From contig JBHGNT010000004.1 of assembly GCA_043228905.1 (NCBI GenBank), positions 2,976,001 to 3,040,000 on the forward strand: DNA of 64,000 nt. The letters run 5' to 3'. The DNA is from Azolla caroliniana. Its lineage: Eukaryota > Plantae > Polypodiophyta. Positions 37,038-49,918 of the stretch are shown here, one piece after another. Position numbers and translations under genes: made by a program. The notes beneath the pieces are model-generated. The model did no database searches. It saw only the letters and a program-made list of their open reading frames with translations, and was not told where the DNA came from. Each line of letters starts with the position of its first letter. Position 1 is the stretch's first letter.

Positions 37038-40000
37038 TTATGCATCCACAACTTCAATCAAAGAGGGCTCATAGTCGGAAGGAGCTTCGAAACCCAAAAG
37101 ATTCATCATGGTGGCAGCTACATTAGCAAGACCACCTTTAGGAAGATCTGTGCGAAACTGTACTCCAGGAGATAAACCAGGCCCACCAATAGCAATAGGC
37201 ACCTGGAAAGACATTTAATGAAATGTGTGAGCATTTATTTTCTTCTATTATGTTGCTTTAAACAGTCTAAGCGTCAAACTTTACCACTTTACCACTTTAC
37301 CACTTTACCATTACAATGCTCTAAACTATTATAGTAGGTGAAACTTTGTAGGTTCTCTTGCTTTAAACTATGAGAGTGTAAGACTTTTCTATGCATTGTG
37401 GAGCAAAAGACTAGTGGAGCTTTTCTATAATGTTCGTTTACCAGAATTGAGATTGTGTGAAACTTTTCTAATATGTTGCTTAAAACAGAAACATCAGATA
37501 CATAAAAATGACCAGATTATCAGTAATGAACTAGTTGCCAGAAACTGTGAGAGTTATGCAACAGAAACCATAGTAATTGAAATGATTACCGGGGAACATG
37601 TATGTGAAGTGAGAACTTGGATATTTCCATTTTTGTCTAGTAGAGGTTTGCTGGTCTTAGGATTCCTTTTGACCATATCTTCACAATTGCCATGATCAGC
37701 AGTCACAATATAGATCCCCCCAACCTCTTCCACAGCATCAAGTATCATCTGATAGCACAATAAGAAAATAATTATGTGCATCAAGTATCATTAGAGGAGG
37801 TAATTGGAACCGATATTGGAATATCAAGCTTAATACACACACACACACACACACATTATACACAATAGACATAAAACTACTTTGAACTATCACAATACCT
37901 TCACGGCCTTATCTGCGGCTTCACAAGCAACAGCTGTAGCAGACAGGTCTCCTGTATGCCCAACCATATCACCATTTGGAATGTTCACACGCACCTATAT
38001 ATTGTCAAAATATAAGTTCGCTAAGAGATGCTATGCATAATTTTTGTCAGGGTGCCTATATCTTTATGTACAGAGAAAAAGGTTTTCCGTATGAAACTAT
38101 GTCTACCTGATCATATTTATGACTCAAAATTGCATCTCTTGCCTTCTCACCAATTTCAAGTGCTTTCATTTTGGGTTTAACATCAAAGGTAATGCCCTGA
38201 TCACTGGGAATCTCCACATATGTTTCCAATTTCTCATCGAAATAACCTGATCGATTGCCATTCCAAAAGAATGTAACGTGGCCAAATTTGACTGTTTCAC
38301 TGCAAAACAACCCATAGTTATGTTAGATATCTCAAACTTTATACTACGAACGAAGGGAAGATCGAGAAGTGCTTTCACCTGCATGCAAAAGTTCGGATTC
38401 CGTTCTTTGCAAAGTATTCTCCTGATGTTCTATCAATCTCAGGTGGACTAACCAAGTATTTAGTCGGGAGCTTCAATTCAGCATCATATTGGAGCAATCC
38501 AGCATAATGAATCTTGGGCACCCGCACACGATCAAATTTATCAAAATTCTCATATTCTATGGCTTTAGCGAGCATAACCATGCGATCTGCACGAAAGTTA
38601 AAGCTGACAACAGCATCTCCATCAACAATTGGACCCACAGCTTTACCATTCTCATCCACAATCACAAATACAGGGCAGTACTGATCATTAAAATTCGGTG
38701 TCACTTTCTTAAGGTGTGTCAGGGCTTCTGTTGCACTTCTATATTTATTAGGAGCTTCTCCCAGGAATTGGGCATCCCAACCTCTTTTAACCATGTTCCA
38801 ATCGCTCTACATTTTCAGCCAGCCAAAGGATAAAGAAAAAAATTTGTGCAACATCAGCTGCAGATTAATTACATCATACATAAATTCTAGACAGATTTTC
38901 ACATTGGATAATATATCACAACTCTTTACATGTTTCTCAAAAACCAGGTAGAAGTGGGCAAAACACATTTAGGTGTTCATCTCTCTTTAAACAAAACACA
39001 AGTTTTCTTGTGATAAACAGGTTGATCATGTGACAGCACACCACTAGTTTATCCTATTTTCCACTAGATGGCCGCATTCTGATGGAAGCCTAAATATTCT
39101 TGCCCATTTCTTAGAGATCATTAGTTAAATTACTTTATGATTAATATTTGATGGTTTTCTATACGGCCATATATGGAATTTCAGAGCTATGTAAGGGAAA
39201 TGTTTAATGAAGGGTAGTTTTGAATTATGTATTGCTGTCTATGAGAAGACCAGTTTTGGAAATACATACATCATATCGGTCCATGGTGACATACATGCGA
39301 CCACCTCCAGAAGCAATCAACGCATCAACACCTTGCTCTCGAAGCTCTTTCAGTTCATTTTCTAATTGCTCCACAAACCCAAAACTTGATCCATCCAAGA
39401 CATCTCGACCATCTGTGAGGATATGCACCCTAATCTTCTTAGCACCATGGGCAACAGAACCTCTCAAAAGACCCTACAAAGGAAAACAGTTATTAACACA
39501 GTCAGGAATTGTACTTTCACTATGCTTATCCACTCACAACTAAATGGACTTAGCTGTCAATGAATATCAACTATTGTACTTATCAACATTCACAATAGAT
39601 CAGTGTTTAATGAAAGAGATTTACCTCAAGCTGATCATATCGAGAGTGCACACCACCATCACTTAAAAGGCCGATCAAGTGAAGTGTACCATTTGGGAAA
39701 CATTCCTTGACATGACGAAAGCCCTCCCCCTTGAAGATGCTGCCAGTGGCCAATGCTGCATCTACTAGCTTTGCCCTGTACCGTAACAATTTTTTACTTG
39801 TGAACTACAGATTATCCATCCAGTGAATTGATAAAACATAACCAGAAACAATGAACAGAAAACAAATGGAAATACACACAGAGATGAATAAAAGAGATCA
39901 GCCTTGCTCAAATATTCTACCGGTATGGTACCATTTCACTTATGAATGTCACACTTTCCTCCGGTCAGTGAATGGAAAACATGCCCATAAATTACCAAGA

Positions 40001-41019
40001 AAACAAGAAAAAAATTCTCACTTTTACTCGAATATTCAACAACTACATGATCACTTTGACTCATGAAACATAGATTTTTCTGCATTTGATGAATTGAAAC
40101 ACACCACGAAATGATCAATGAACTAATAAGAAAATCGGTCTCACTCAAAATACTCTACCTGTATATGATATAATTTTGACTTCTGAATGAATAACAATTC
40201 TCCCAAATTTAACAAATGGAAAGGCACACATAAAACAATGATTTAAGAAGCCACAGGAATAATACTAACCCTTGCTCAAATATTCTTCCTGAACCCAAAG
40301 CACTGTGTCCAACTTCACTGTTACCCATATCCTCTTCAGTAGGCAGACCAACTGCAGGGCCATGGGCCCTCACTTTCCTCCAATGCTGTGGAGCTCCCTA
40401 CGCAAGAATAAACAACATAAGGTCAGTGAGAGTTAAATAAATTACTATATAAACAGAGCACAAGGCTTTAAATGACTAGTGTTTAGAAGAACAGAAAATC
40501 GGCTCTATCTTTGATACTTACGTAGAGTTAGATTATCTCAGAAGAAACGAAAACTGGCCCTAACTTTAACACTTACATAAGGTTAAAACCCTCTAGAAGA
40601 AAAGGAAACTGGCTCTATCTTTAAACACTTACATAGTGTTAAATCACCCTAGAAGAAGAGAAAAATAACCCTAACTTTAATACTTGCAGTGTCAAATCCC
40701 TCTAACAGAAGAGCATATGGGAAATAAGTATTAAATCACTATAACAAGAATAAGAAAGAACGAGAAGAGCTCCAAACTAACCCTGCTTCAACATTTGCAT
40801 CGAGTTTTGGCAAGTAAAATGAAGAGGGTGGAGAGAGAAAGAGTTTATACGCACATCTTTGAGAGAATCCATGGTGGGAGTGTGGGCCACATGAATGGCG
40901 TTGTATTCATCTCCGACCTGCTCACCCCATCCATCCAGCACAACGACAGCCAAAGTCTTTCCTTTCGGAAGCTTTGGGTGAGCAGGCAAGATCCACTGGC
41001 TGTTGTCTATGATCGTCAT
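37038..41019 (-). CDS. iPGAM: 2,3-bisphosphoglycerate-independent phosphoglycerate mutase, 562 aa
   Basis: Exons 40855-41019, 40270-40397, 39625-39775, 39270-39473, 38379-38806, 38107-38299, 37899-37994, 37590-37748 and 37038-37202 total 1689 nt. Motifs include [50 protein letters not shown] and TADHGN. A 5'UTR intron is likely at 41021-41439. Confidence 0.98.
40485..40705. repeat. Minisatellite of about 55 bp x4 in iPGAM first coding intron
   Basis: Each unit begins AGAAGA and contains ACTTRC. Units alternate between GGCTCTATCTTT and CCCTAACTTT. Confidence 0.8.
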
Positions 41020-41619
41020 TCTGCCACAAAGAAGAAAAAGAAAAAGACACTGAAAATTAAGGCTATCCTTCAAATGTTTTCAATTCTGGGTCAAATTTTG
41101 AAACACATACGGAATTCAAGACACCCTAATTCTCCTATGAAATAAAGTATAACAAGGTACTGCAGGCCTGTGGGATCAGCTTAAATGGACAGGATGGGCA
41201 AGGAAGCCCTAATTTCTCAACAGAAGATTTAAAAAACAGGTATTTGATCCAAGTTACGCTATGAGCTCAAAAAACTGATAGCACGGGTGAATGAACCCTA
41301 ATTATGATCAAGAAGACAAGAAGAACCACAAACAAGAACAGGGCATCTGGTAAAAGCCACCCTGAAAATGTCTCCAAATCAGACGAAATCGATGCAGATA
41401 TTTCAGAGGTCGGAGAGAAATCTTAAACAGATAAGATACCTTTGCAAGAAGGTCTGTGATGAGGTGAAAATGGAGAAGGAAAGCCCTGAGAGCGAGGCCT
41501 GGAAAACAGGGATCTGAAGGGACGAATGAATGAATGAATGAACCGAATGAGAGAGAGAGAGAGAGAGAGAAACAGAGATTTAAAGACTTGCTAAGGGATG
41601 CTCTGTTTTTATATTATAT

Positions 41620-41652
<33 letters not shown>

Positions 41653-42918
41653 AAACAGAGAAGAGGCAAAATAAGTGGGAGGACCAGTATGTATGTAGTG
41701 TGTCAAATTTGTCTCTAAATTTAGAGGCCAATTTGGCCTTTTATTGTCCTAGGGAAAAGACAATAGTACACAAATCAATCATATACATATACATATACAT
41801 ATATATGTATGTACATATGTATTTATCGTAACTACCTCTTCTTCTCAAGTTCCTCGTATATTTGCTCGCACGAGAATATGAAAAATGACAAACCCTAAAT
41901 AAAGATAACCAGTCGTCTCAAAGGATACGAATCAAAAATCAAGAGAGAGAGAGAGAGAGAGATTCAACAAAGGGTCATAAAAACTTTGGCTTATCACCAA
42001 GGCTTAGCCCTAATACAAGAAGAAAAACATTCGGTGATAGAGACAAATGAAAGGTTAACAAACCCTAAGTTTCGGTAAAGAGAAGAGAGAGAGAGAGAGA
42101 GAGAAGGAAATATAGAAAAGCAAGTGTGAGAGAGAGGGAATGTGTTGCGCGTAAACTTTAACAAAGGAAAAGGGAAATGTTTGTCTTCTTTAAGGTAAAG
42201 AGGAGGGCGGCTCGAGCAGACTTGACCTTACGAGTGTCACAATGGCTAGAATATGCTTTTAACATATCCTTCCCCTCTATGAGAGAAAGAGAAAGAGAAA
42301 GAGAAATATGTGTTTCTTTGAGAGCGAGTGTATGAGTGAGAGAGAGAGAGAGAGAAGAAGGGGCACGGGTTTATGCTCCACAAAAAAAAAATGGGTCCCT
42401 TCATGCATTCATTTATTATTATCATACATACATGGAAATATCAAGATCCACACACACACACACATATTGGTTGTGTTTGAGAATTTTGGGTCAATAGGTT
42501 ATGTTTCCTAGTCATAAGTGTTAAAACCATGCACAATTTCGTCAATTGCAAAACATTGTGCTCTCTTTTGTTTTTTCATAATTAGCTTACCCTATTGGTA
42601 AGTTGTTACACTATAAGCACTATGTTTGGGGTTCAAAACCTAATTTTCTCACTTCTCTATTACATACTTCATGCATATCTCTTAATTCACTAGATGCCAC
42701 TGTGGAATGTAGGGGTTCAACCCATGACCTCTAGGTCTCCATTGTGCTCTCTCTCTTTCTACCATTTTCTTACTTCTCGTGCACGCTTCATTGTATTCTA
42801 ACCCTCCCTTCCTCTTCAAACTTGATTGGATATGAAGCTCTACGATAAATTGCAAGGAGAGATGTGGCAAACAAGAAGCATGTGCAAGGTGGGGGGAGAG
42901 GGCTTGAAAGAACAAGAT

Positions 42919-42963
<45 letters not shown>

Positions 42964-45900
42964 GTATATATATGCATTAAAATATCACAAGCATAAAAAA
43001 CATGGGCTTAGAGGAGTTTCCCATGCTTCTATAAACAATGTAACCGGATACAGGTTGTGTAGTTTCTTAAGGTTGCTCCTATGCTCAAATAAAAAACATA
43101 TATGTATGTGCCTCTGATGCCAGAGTTGGTGGGTGTATTCATTTAACAATAAATGGTGGGCAAGCTTCTTAATTGGTGAGGTGAGCTTTTCCCATTGACG
43201 CAAACATTTTACATTTGTGATTTCTCCTCCCCATAACATACACATGAGTCCATACCCCATGTGTTTAGTGTGGGAGAATGAAGGTGCCATAAAAGTTGGT
43301 CCCTGATAAGAACTATCACTCAAGGCTATAGGAACGACTCGTGAGACTACAAAAGCAAGGGAAATAAATTACAAGGATGCACCGAAGCAAGTGCATGCAA
43401 CCCCAAGGGGTATTGTAGAACCCCATGGTGATTACTAATAGCGCACAACTCAAGAGTTCCAAACAAAAAGAGCAGAGGTAGAGTGGTTCCATCAAACCAT
43501 CGTCTCTATCATAGAAGGCCAAAGCTTGGAAACCTAAGGTTGTCAAGAAAGGTAAGGAGAAACATAAATGACCAAACATGTGTCTGATGGAGGACAAATT
43601 AGAATACATTAGGAAGACGGATGTTTAGTTGTGTTGTATTTGAGAGCTTGCCTGTTCTTATATTTGTTTCAAATTGTACATAGAACATGAACTTGGTTTG
43701 ATGGATTCCATGTGTGTATGTGAGTTTAAGGGGGCATCCCCTCTTGTAGCTCCACCCTTCTCATAAGTGTGGATATGTTGGAATATTTCCTCAAGGAGAA
43801 CTATTTTTGTGATAATACATGGAGTGTTGATAGTAACAGAGTGATGAGAAAGGAGAACTATAGGCATTTACTAGCGCTTGTCAATTCTTGAATTTTACTG
43901 AGAAATCTCTCGCATTTGACAAATTGAACAAAAGATCTAAAAGTCTTTACATATATAATAATGTATTACATTTTCATTATTTCTATAATTTCCATTGCTT
44001 AATTACCTCTAAAAGTAGGCTCATACAATAAACGAAGTGAGGGTACGTTCAATGCATCAAATACATGCATTGTTTGATCAAAATTCAAATGTGGGGTCAA
44101 TATGTTTTCCTTTCGATTTCAGGCAAAGAAATATGATGCAATTAATGTTGTATTCAACAAGTATGAAGATGGTTTATTCTCTAGTTTTACTTACTACCTA
44201 ATGGGTACTAATCACAAAGAAACTTGAAATGTCTAATTTATCTTAACATTTGAAGGGTTAATTGATCGTACCTCATTAAGTGTATGTGACTCAAAAAGTG
44301 CACAACGAAAATACCAAACTTGATATAAGACATTTTGAGACATTCAGAAACACTGAGGCCAAATTAGAAATTTGTCAAAAATTAGGGTTATTTTGAGCAA
44401 TTGCCCCACATATGTAGGCCATAAAACTTTTGCATTAGAAAATTTAAGAAAAGGGGTTTAAAAATGTGGCATTTCCTTGGCTGTATTGGAAATGTTGAAC
44501 CAAAGATTATTTTTGAACCACATGTTTCCTGATGGTGGATTGTGAAGCGAGCCTTCGTTGGATGGTAACACTAAGTTTTGATTGCTTAACAAGCCTTTCC
44601 CAATGGCCAACGTTGAAAATAGATTGGGAACCAAGACAAACCTTTTCCCAACACCTTGTAATTATTCATTGAGATTCAAGACACTTGCTTAGATATATTA
44701 AACATGAAGTTGTCACATCTTTCAACCACATAAATAGAAAAACAATGGAGTCTTAAATTGAATTATACCTTTGAGTGCATCTCCTTGTGGCATATCTGGT
44801 TATTATAAAACAAGTGATGTTAACTCATTGCAACTTTCAAAGCATATTTCATTCCTAAGAAATTCATACGTTGAAATTAAGAAGTTGATTGCTTATATCA
44901 TATGCATAAAGGATTTATTTATCTTAACCATATAAATGCATATGAATATGTGATTGTTTGTGAATTATGTATCTTACATGATCGCCTATGTTCATATTCC
45001 ACACAAAAACTAATTAATATCCAATACAAATTCTGTTAGATATTAATTAGTTTATGTTTTGATTATGGCTGTTCTTCGATGTAATTCTTTTGCTAACTAA
45101 TGGGAAGTAGTGTTTTTTTTGGAAAAAAAAAAAAAACTAATTAATATCTTAGATCAATCCATGCTTGCTTGAAGAAGACAAAGATTGTTGAGTACTAACC
45201 ATTCATGTGCATGGCAACAAAATTTTAGGACAAACGCTAAGTTGCATATCAAAAGAAAATCGCTACGTGTGTTCATTAGTTTCTCAATAAATATATTTCC
45301 CATTAGTTATTTTGTAATGATGGTGTATGTCTTTGTGAGCCTGGTAACTCTTTGCGATGTTGTGTGCGCGCACTAGTTTTCACATAGTTAGTATGCATGA
45401 GCCATCAATGCTCCTCGCTACTTGTCACCTATGATAAGAAAATACGTAATGGTAGTGCTTGTGAGAAAAAGTGACATATTTCTGGTGTGAAATGTGGCAA
45501 TGATATTTATTTACATCTTTCAAAACAAAAAATGTCCTTGGTTTTGTAAATCTTGCCTCATCATTTTTTTTTTCCAACAATGGTTTATATTATCTCTAAA
45601 GTGATTAAATGATACATGGACACTTCCAAATTTTCTTAACAACTTCATCATGGATTTTTTGACCTTTTTCAACTTCTCTTAGGCTAGCATAGGCATTGAA
45701 GGATATGTGAATTGAAGACTTCTTATTTGACTACTCTTGTTTGTCAATGAGCTCATTTTGTTCTTTGATCTTTCAATAAAGGTGCATGCTTGACTCGTTA
45801 GAACTAGTAGGAGAATATTGTAGAATCACTCGTGGAAAGTGATAACAACACATGGACAACAAAATGAAGACATATAGGCCACATGTGGAGTATGGCTTAT

Positions 45901-46014
45901 GGTCAGTTATCAAACTAGTGAAGAAATGCAAATTACAAGAGATATGTGCATACTCCGCCCACCTTTTCTCATAACATTTAAGTGATAAGAATGAGTTCTC
46001 TAACTAATTGAATG

Positions 46015-46089
46015 AGCTAACGATAAGGACCGAACCTACACATGGTGGATTCAAAATCCATTGCCTTGATCCATTTGGTTGCGTTTGAT
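46015..46089 (-). pseudogene. trnH: Degenerate plastid-type tRNA-His (trnH-GUG) copy, probable organelle-to-nucleus insertion
   Basis: The minus strand reads ATCAAACGCAACCAAATGGATCAAGGCAATGGATTTTGAATCCACCATGTGTAGGTTCGGTCCTTATCGTTAGCT. It aligns without gaps to the recalled plastid trnH (..GTAGCCAAGTGGATCAAGGCAGTGGATTGTGAATCCACCATGCGCGGGTTC..). The anticodon is now TTG and the acceptor stem is damaged. Confidence 0.8.
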
Positions 46090-49000
46090 GGGCCTTTTAA
46101 AACATGTCATGTTTAACAAACGTAGGCTTTGGGAGATTTATGTAAGACTTTAGCTTGTAAGAAATATTTATGTTAATGTTCTCAAAACCCCATCACATGA
46201 ATACCATTCACACAATATTGGCTAGAGGAATTTGTGGCACCAAGAATAGCTCAAATTGGATATTGTGTGTTACCATTATTACCTAAAATTCAACTCCAAA
46301 AAGTTGGAATATCTCAAATGCTTAAAAAGCTCAAGATTTGGCCCCAAATCAACTTGATTGACAAGATGGGTTTTGGTGTGTGTAGACGCACTGTTGGTTG
46401 CAATTTTTAGCATTGACATTGAATTAGTTTGAGATTACCTCAAATAGACCCAAATCAATGTTTATCAAATGTGTAAGTAGTGCGCAGTTTGAGTATTGTT
46501 GCACATTCCATTATTGCAAATGTGTCGGTAAGGTTGCTTGATGAAAATTAGAAGGCCACACACTCAATCCTTACATTCCATAATAGCATCTAGGAAATCA
46601 AGACAAAAATATGTTAATTGTAAGAAGTCATGAAAGTTGAGGCTTAAGCTCAATGGATTGTATTGATAGTGTAATAATTTACCGATAAGACAAGCTAAAG
46701 TACAAGAAAAAAGAAAGTAACTAGATGTTACTATAGTCTTCAGAGGTCAAATAGGACCCATGAGACCAAAAAATATAATGTTTTCGTGTTGTACATGTGA
46801 AGGCAAGCAATGACTCTCAATGTTTACAAATGAATGTCGCAATTGAGAATGTGCACACAACGATTGTGAAAGAAATTTGTGTATGGATTAGTTTAATTGT
46901 TTGTTTCATTGGGGGCCAAAGTCTAAAGAGTTGTGAGATATAGTTGAAGTTCCATCTCAAAGAGTTTTGGAGTTTGTTGAAGCGCAATAATGATTCTGCA
47001 TCTCGCCCAATTATGAGTTTATCTAGCAACGACTACAAAAATATTGCATTGGCTATAGGTCCTTTACCTTTACAAACAGAAGAGCAAACTTGGATTGACT
47101 AACGTTTATGGGGTGACACGTCATTTTTACAAGTGACTACTAATCATTTGTATCATTGCTCCATTGAGTCTCTTCGATGGTTATCATCTAAGGCCGAAGA
47201 AGAATGGAAAATACATAACTCTAACCATGGATGACGGGAATTCTTAAAACGTAGTGGACATTCTAAATTGCCACTTGTAACAAATGTCTTGATTTGGAGA
47301 GTTTTGATTGGGGGTTTGTCTTTGGGATTAGCTCTGAAGTGACTTGGACTAGCAACAATAATTGTTTCTTTACATTATTCATTAGTACTTATCATTTCAT
47401 ACAATGTCTGATTGCTTGTCAGCTTTGGAGTTGCATTTCTCAAATTTGACAAGTTTTATCACGGTGTTATTTAACTCTTAAACATTGGGTGTTTGCATAA
47501 TTCACACAGGTTAACCCCAAATTAGAGATGAAGATCGTTTTCCTATTTTTGAGGTATTGGGGATTGCGTCATAATTGGGATATACGCAATTAATGCTTTT
47601 GTATTTGATGGTAGGCAGAGTCAAAGCATATCTACGAAAGTTGAATGCAGTACTAATGTGGCAATTTTCTTTATTGGAGCAAGTGAAAATTCTTTCCTCT
47701 ATGCAGTGTTCGTCTTGCCTATTTGTAATTCAACATGTTCCACTACCCACGTGGTTAGTGGATGACCATACTCCATTGTGGCACCCATTGTAGGTAGTAT
47801 TTTTCACACACATTTATTAATATAATTGTGTATCGAGAAAGAGAAGGAAGAAGAAGCATTCAAATGTTTTAGTTAACCCATTGTCATTACCACATATTGT
47901 TTCCATGGAAATCACCTTTCCCGATATTTTTTTGTCATTTCACACTTACCAATCCAACACAATCTCGATTAAACTTGCATACAAACATAAGTTAGGAGCA
48001 AATGCTTGTTCTCCTACATGTTACATGTATATTTCCTAAAGAAATGTTTGATATGGCATAATATGTACTTTTACATGGAGCTATATCCAATACCAAACAC
48101 AACTCTCTAAAAAGAATAATGGGAAATCACGTGATTTAATGTCATCATACATCAATTCTAAGGGAGCGTGAAAAACAATCGCTATGGATTATATTGCATT
48201 GTCTCTTTGAATTAGTAAGTTATAAAAAGTTGTGGTAGTGTGTTCCAATATACATGAGACAATAATGTATTGGATTGATTCTAAAAGTTCAAACCATTTT
48301 GTACATCATTGGACAAAGGATAAATATATAGATAGGTTTGACCAAACCTAGCGCTAGAGAATAAAGGAAGTCTTCACACTAAAGATAGGTTACTTATTGT
48401 GATATACCACCATAAATTTATGTCCAATAACCATTTTATTAACACAAGAAAATGTAGACTTGTCACATTGATAATATTAGTTGATGAATGAAGAATAATA
48501 TCAAACTTTTTTGAGTTATCCTATGACATGGAATGTGGAGAAGCATCTTGATCAAGGACGTACAAGACATGAACACAAATGTGAGGATAGACATTTGGAC
48601 AGTCACACTCTACCTATTGGAGTTATACATGGATACAACTTTGCAAAACATACATAATCTAAACTCTTGTTATATCATTCTGTGCGCTTCAATGTGGTTG
48701 TAAGAACAAATCCCATCGGTATGCTTTCTAAATGGTTTCATAATTATTCCTATTGTGGAGTGGGGCCGGTTGAGTCTGGTTCCATCCCTATTCGGTCTTA
48801 TCCTTGCCACTCCCATGCGGTCGCCATGCGTAACAATTAGGCACCATGTGCACGTGTGTAACTTCCCATTTGGGCATCTATATAAGTGGAGTGTTTGTCC
48901 ACCGAAGGGGCAGAAGAGGTTCCCATTCCTTCTTATGTATATCACATATTAGTGGAGACGACAGGTTGTTCTCCCACACCTAAACCAACCCCTCACCTAG

Positions 49001-49459
49001 TTGTGCATCATGTAAGCTCATGAGCACTTTGCAATGCTCACCGACCTAAGGGACAACTATACTTGGAACTGCCAACACTATCCACAAATGGAACAAATGT
49101 TTCAAGCCATGACAAACCTCATTCTCTAGGTAACACATACAGATCAATCCATATTTTCGCAACATTAACAACATTCCACACTATCAAGGGTGATACAAGA
49201 TTATTCAAATATTGTATTGATTTTGAATGCCAAAAGTCGTGAGACATGAGAGTATCACATAAAATGCTCATGGGAAGGTCTCTTTGAATGAGGGTCTCTT
49301 TGAATTTCAAGAGTTTCATAGAACATGTAAAATGAGGCGTCTCTCTGAGTTAAAACCAAACAAATTAACTTGGCAATAAAGGCATTAATCGATGAGGGAA
49401 TTTTTGTGATGATATATATTAAAGGAGACAGAAATTATGGGCAACGATTAGTAATCGAC

Positions 49460-49725
49460 GACGGTTCGGTTTCGGCTTAATCCTAGTCGAAACCAAACTA
49501 GTAAATCCTTAACCGTTTTGGGAGTTTTCAAACTTGGAACCAAAGTGGCTCCTAAACCGGTTAAGTCTTAATCAGTTTACGGACTAGTCTAGTCAAAAGG
49601 AGTTAGCTTTACACGGAATGGAAACTGCTTTGGCCCAAAACGGTTCAGCTCGGCTTGAGCCATCCCAAACTGAGCTCAAACTGGTTTCATGAAAAGCAAG
49701 GAAAGTCCAAGTGTGAAGCCGAAAG
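49460..49725 (-). mobile_element. AACC/GGTT-rich MITE-like element, family 2, copy B
   Basis: Blocks CCTAGTCGAAACCAAAC, TTTTCAAACT, GCTCCTAAACCGGTT and GCCATCCCAAA..GAGCT match the reverse complement of 35340-35610. Confidence 0.65.
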
Positions 49726-49871
49726 GTGGCGCAAAGATATTAGGAGTGTTAATGTTTGTCCGAGTGGCCATCAGAGGGTTGCCAATTTCATGTTGGGCGA
49801 AGGTAATTGAAACTTTGCCGTGCAAATGAGAGGTTACAGGTTCAATTCCGAGCATCTACACTAGTAATTCC

Positions 49872-49918
<47 letters not shown>

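Noticed and set aside
40485-40705. CRISPR-like repeat array
   Set aside because: It lies in a eukaryotic intron and consists of degenerate contiguous units without unique spacers or cas genes.
42580-42745. SINE-like A/B box motifs (GGGGTTCAAAACC, GGGGTTCAACCC)
   Set aside because: No cloverleaf, tail or TSD could be established.
45007-45053. 15-bp perfect-stem hairpin (also a 14-bp stem at 50959-51012) as miRNA precursors
   Set aside because: The stems are AT-rich and too short for a miRNA duplex, and I recognise no known miRNA sequence.
46015-46089. Functional tRNA-Gln(TTG)
   Set aside because: The acceptor stem and T-loop are damaged, and the body matches plastid trnH rather than a Gln tRNA.
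42980-49350. Coding-like fragments (possible LINE or SWIM/MULE remnants)
   Set aside because: The motif resemblance is too weak to call without a database search.
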